A DNA stretch of 64,000 nt from Protoeuglena noctilucae (taxonomy: Eukaryota). The translations under genes and the position numbers were made by a program. The notes below the pieces were generated by a model. That model searched no databases, was not told the DNA's origin, and saw only the letters and a program-made list of their open reading frames with translations. Location: assembly GCA_958009085.1 (NCBI GenBank), contig OY253686.1, positions 434,001-498,000 of the forward strand. The letters run 5' to 3'. Positions 62,301 through 64,000 of this stretch are shown piece after piece; position 1 is the first letter of the stretch; each line of letters opens with the position of its first letter.

Positions 62301-64000
62301 TGGCGTGGCGCACCTCCCCAACGGCGCTATGGTGCAGGCCGCGGGGCCGATCGCGTTCGCCTGTGAGACGGAGACGCTCGCAGGCCTGAGCCCGGCGCTC
62401 CTCGCCTCCGTCCCTTGCGTCCCGCTCACTGTACCCGTACTCGACCCGACGATTGACAGCGTGCGAAAGGACCTCTCAGCACGGTCCACGTCCTTCTCAG
62501 AGCACAATGAGAAACAGGGGGCCGAGTTCCTCCATTCCCTCGCCACCTGGGCCTTCCAAGAGCTCAAGTCGCTCTCTAGGGTGGGACCGATGCACGCAGT
62601 GTTGGGGCGGGCGTGCCAAGTCATGCAATCCATCTACGAAGCGACCTACCAGCACGCGAGCGCGGCGAAGGCCGAGGCGCTGCCCGATTGGGCCATCGGC
62701 ATCCCCAACTTCAGCCGGACAGATGCACTGAGTTGTTGCGCGTTGGTGTATGGTGCGGTGTGGGCGATCGGCGGCTGTCTCACCCCCGATGAGGGTCAGG
62801 AGTTCGAGTCTCGCGTGCGCGACACGCTCCCAAGTAATTTCTGCCGCGTCCCGCCCCCCTCCACGTCCCTCTTTCACAGCATGGTGGATGGGGTGGCGCT
62901 CGCACTCGTGCCCATCCCACCTCATGGGCCCGACACCTCGCCCGTGGTGAGAATGCATGGGTGGATGTGATCGCGAGTTAGTGCTATGTTAGTGTTTACT
63001 GATCGCGATCTGGCTGTTACTTGCAAGCTACTACCAGCTACTGCATGTATCACAAAGGACTAGCTGCTTAGTACAACGCTTTGGTACCTCGGGACCGCTC
63101 GCATGCTCGGCCCGGTCCCTCGTCACCTGTTTGCCCGCTCCAAATGTTGATTCGAACCCGCGACCTCTCTCCCGCAGGTCCTGACGCGCAAGGTGGCGGT
63201 GGAGCAGGCAGCGGCGGTGGGCGAGGCTCTGACTTACGACGATCGTGTGTTTGTCCACACGGCGATGACCATGGCAGTCGAGACGGCGGCGCTCATGGCG
63301 CTAAAGAGCTTTTTGCATGTGCCGCACATGTCTGCGGCGGGCACGGAGACGCGGGAGCACTTCGCGCCCATCGTGTTGGGGCCGCCCGCCGCGGGGAAGA
63401 GCGCCCTGGTGCGGGACATCGGTGAGGGAGCGCCACCCTCCCTTACCACCCCTCCCAACAGCAACAGCACCCATTCCCACCTCTCCCACCTCCCCTCTCC
63501 CCCCCCCAGTCCTCGTCACCGGCCACCAGCTCCTGGCCGTCCCCCTCACCTCCTTCGCATCGCCAGAGAACATGTCAGGCACTCTGACCTCCTCCATGCG
63601 CAACGACAGGGGTCACGTGCTGAGGCCCATCCTGCGGCCCAAGGCGGTCATCGTGCTGGACGACCTGCATTTGCCACTGCAGGTGAGAATTGCAATTACT
63701 GAAATGCTTATATTTGTATAGTGAATTATTCTGTGATCGTGCTTGACGACCTGCTTGCGCCCTTACAAACCCTCACCCCCACTGCCACCCTCACCGCCAC
63801 CCCCACTGCCACCCTTGCAACCACCCCCACTGCCACCCTTACAACCACCCCCACTGCCACCCTTACAACCACCCCCACTGCCACTGCCACCCTTACAACC
63901 ACCCCCACTGCCACCCTTACAACCACCCCCACTGCCACCCTTACAACCACCCCCACTGCCACCCTTACAACTACCCCCAGGCCTGCGAGGGCTGCTCGGC
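50348..64000 (+). CDS. Divergent dynein heavy chain-like gene (partial, more than 25 exons, one in-frame TAA)
   Basis: DNAH6-like N-terminus (FQPFDLTIVP...YVITSTSV...EWLQDRQVFKMIRRMNFFRSFR..RAFKLWR), linker RRDFPRLLFVDDQALM, YPTQAVFLAEHLLWT, DFVWLRNVR|YF...VPYGFTYQG, AAA1 SGAWCCLD...EVLSQMAQQI, QQHYQFGPR, AAA2 GPCGSGKS, AAA3 GPPAAGKS, VIVLDDLHLP. Confidence 0.85.
51255..51360 (+). repeat. Intronic (CCCTCA/CTCTCA)n microsatellite
   Basis: Directly visible degenerate hexamer array in a dynein intron. Confidence 0.85.
53490..53707 (+). repeat. Intronic C/A-rich (CACC)n low-complexity tract
   Basis: Directly visible, ending at the acceptor cccccccag. Confidence 0.75.
55490..55740 (+). repeat. 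(ACTATT)n microsatellite, about 250 bp, intronic
   Basis: Near-perfect hexamer array decaying to ACTATG/ACTATC at its 3' end. Confidence 0.95.
57002..57201. other. Assembly gap (200 N) inside the dynein gene
   Basis: Run of N; exons may be missing here. Confidence 0.99.
63770..63975 (+). repeat. 24-bp minisatellite (ACCCCCACTGCCACCCTTACAACC)n, intronic
   Basis: About 8 tandem units, visible as the VAVGVVVR repeat in the antisense ORF. Confidence 0.9.

Overview
Eukaryotic nuclear DNA, GC-rich and gene-dense, with short spliceosomal introns. The gene content (axonemal dynein-like protein, FAP115-like protein, CDPK, CbbY-like HAD) fits a flagellated chlorophyte green alga; this is an inference and I cannot fix the taxon. 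Manual splicing gives about 21 intron-containing genes. In order: DUF6816-like 3' end, SUMO E1 subunit UBA2/SAE2, a very large orphan, a PPPDE-like protein, a SAM methyltransferase, a CDPK-like kinase, Tlg2/SYP4 syntaxin, an SKL-tailed unknown, a truncated TIM21-like protein, an aldo-keto reductase, an SDS22-like LRR protein, Yippee, an ABHD11-like hydrolase, a membrane protein, a TM/Gly-rich protein, a double MOLO1/TPM protein, a C2H2 protein, a CbbY-like HAD, an HMT1/ABCB6-type ABC transporter, a FAP115-like EF-hand protein and a divergent dynein heavy chain that runs off the window. Four signals stand out. (1) About 20 introns need GC-AG splicing, roughly one in six by hand count. (2) Many introns carry a second, degenerate copy of their own exon-intron junction. 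(3) The dynein has a degenerate AAA1 site and an in-frame TAA. (4) The MOLO1/TPM protein appears split from its TM-tail gene. Gene models and family assignments come from manual reading and motif recall, not database searches. I saw no rRNA, tRNA, CRISPR array or recognisable transposase.
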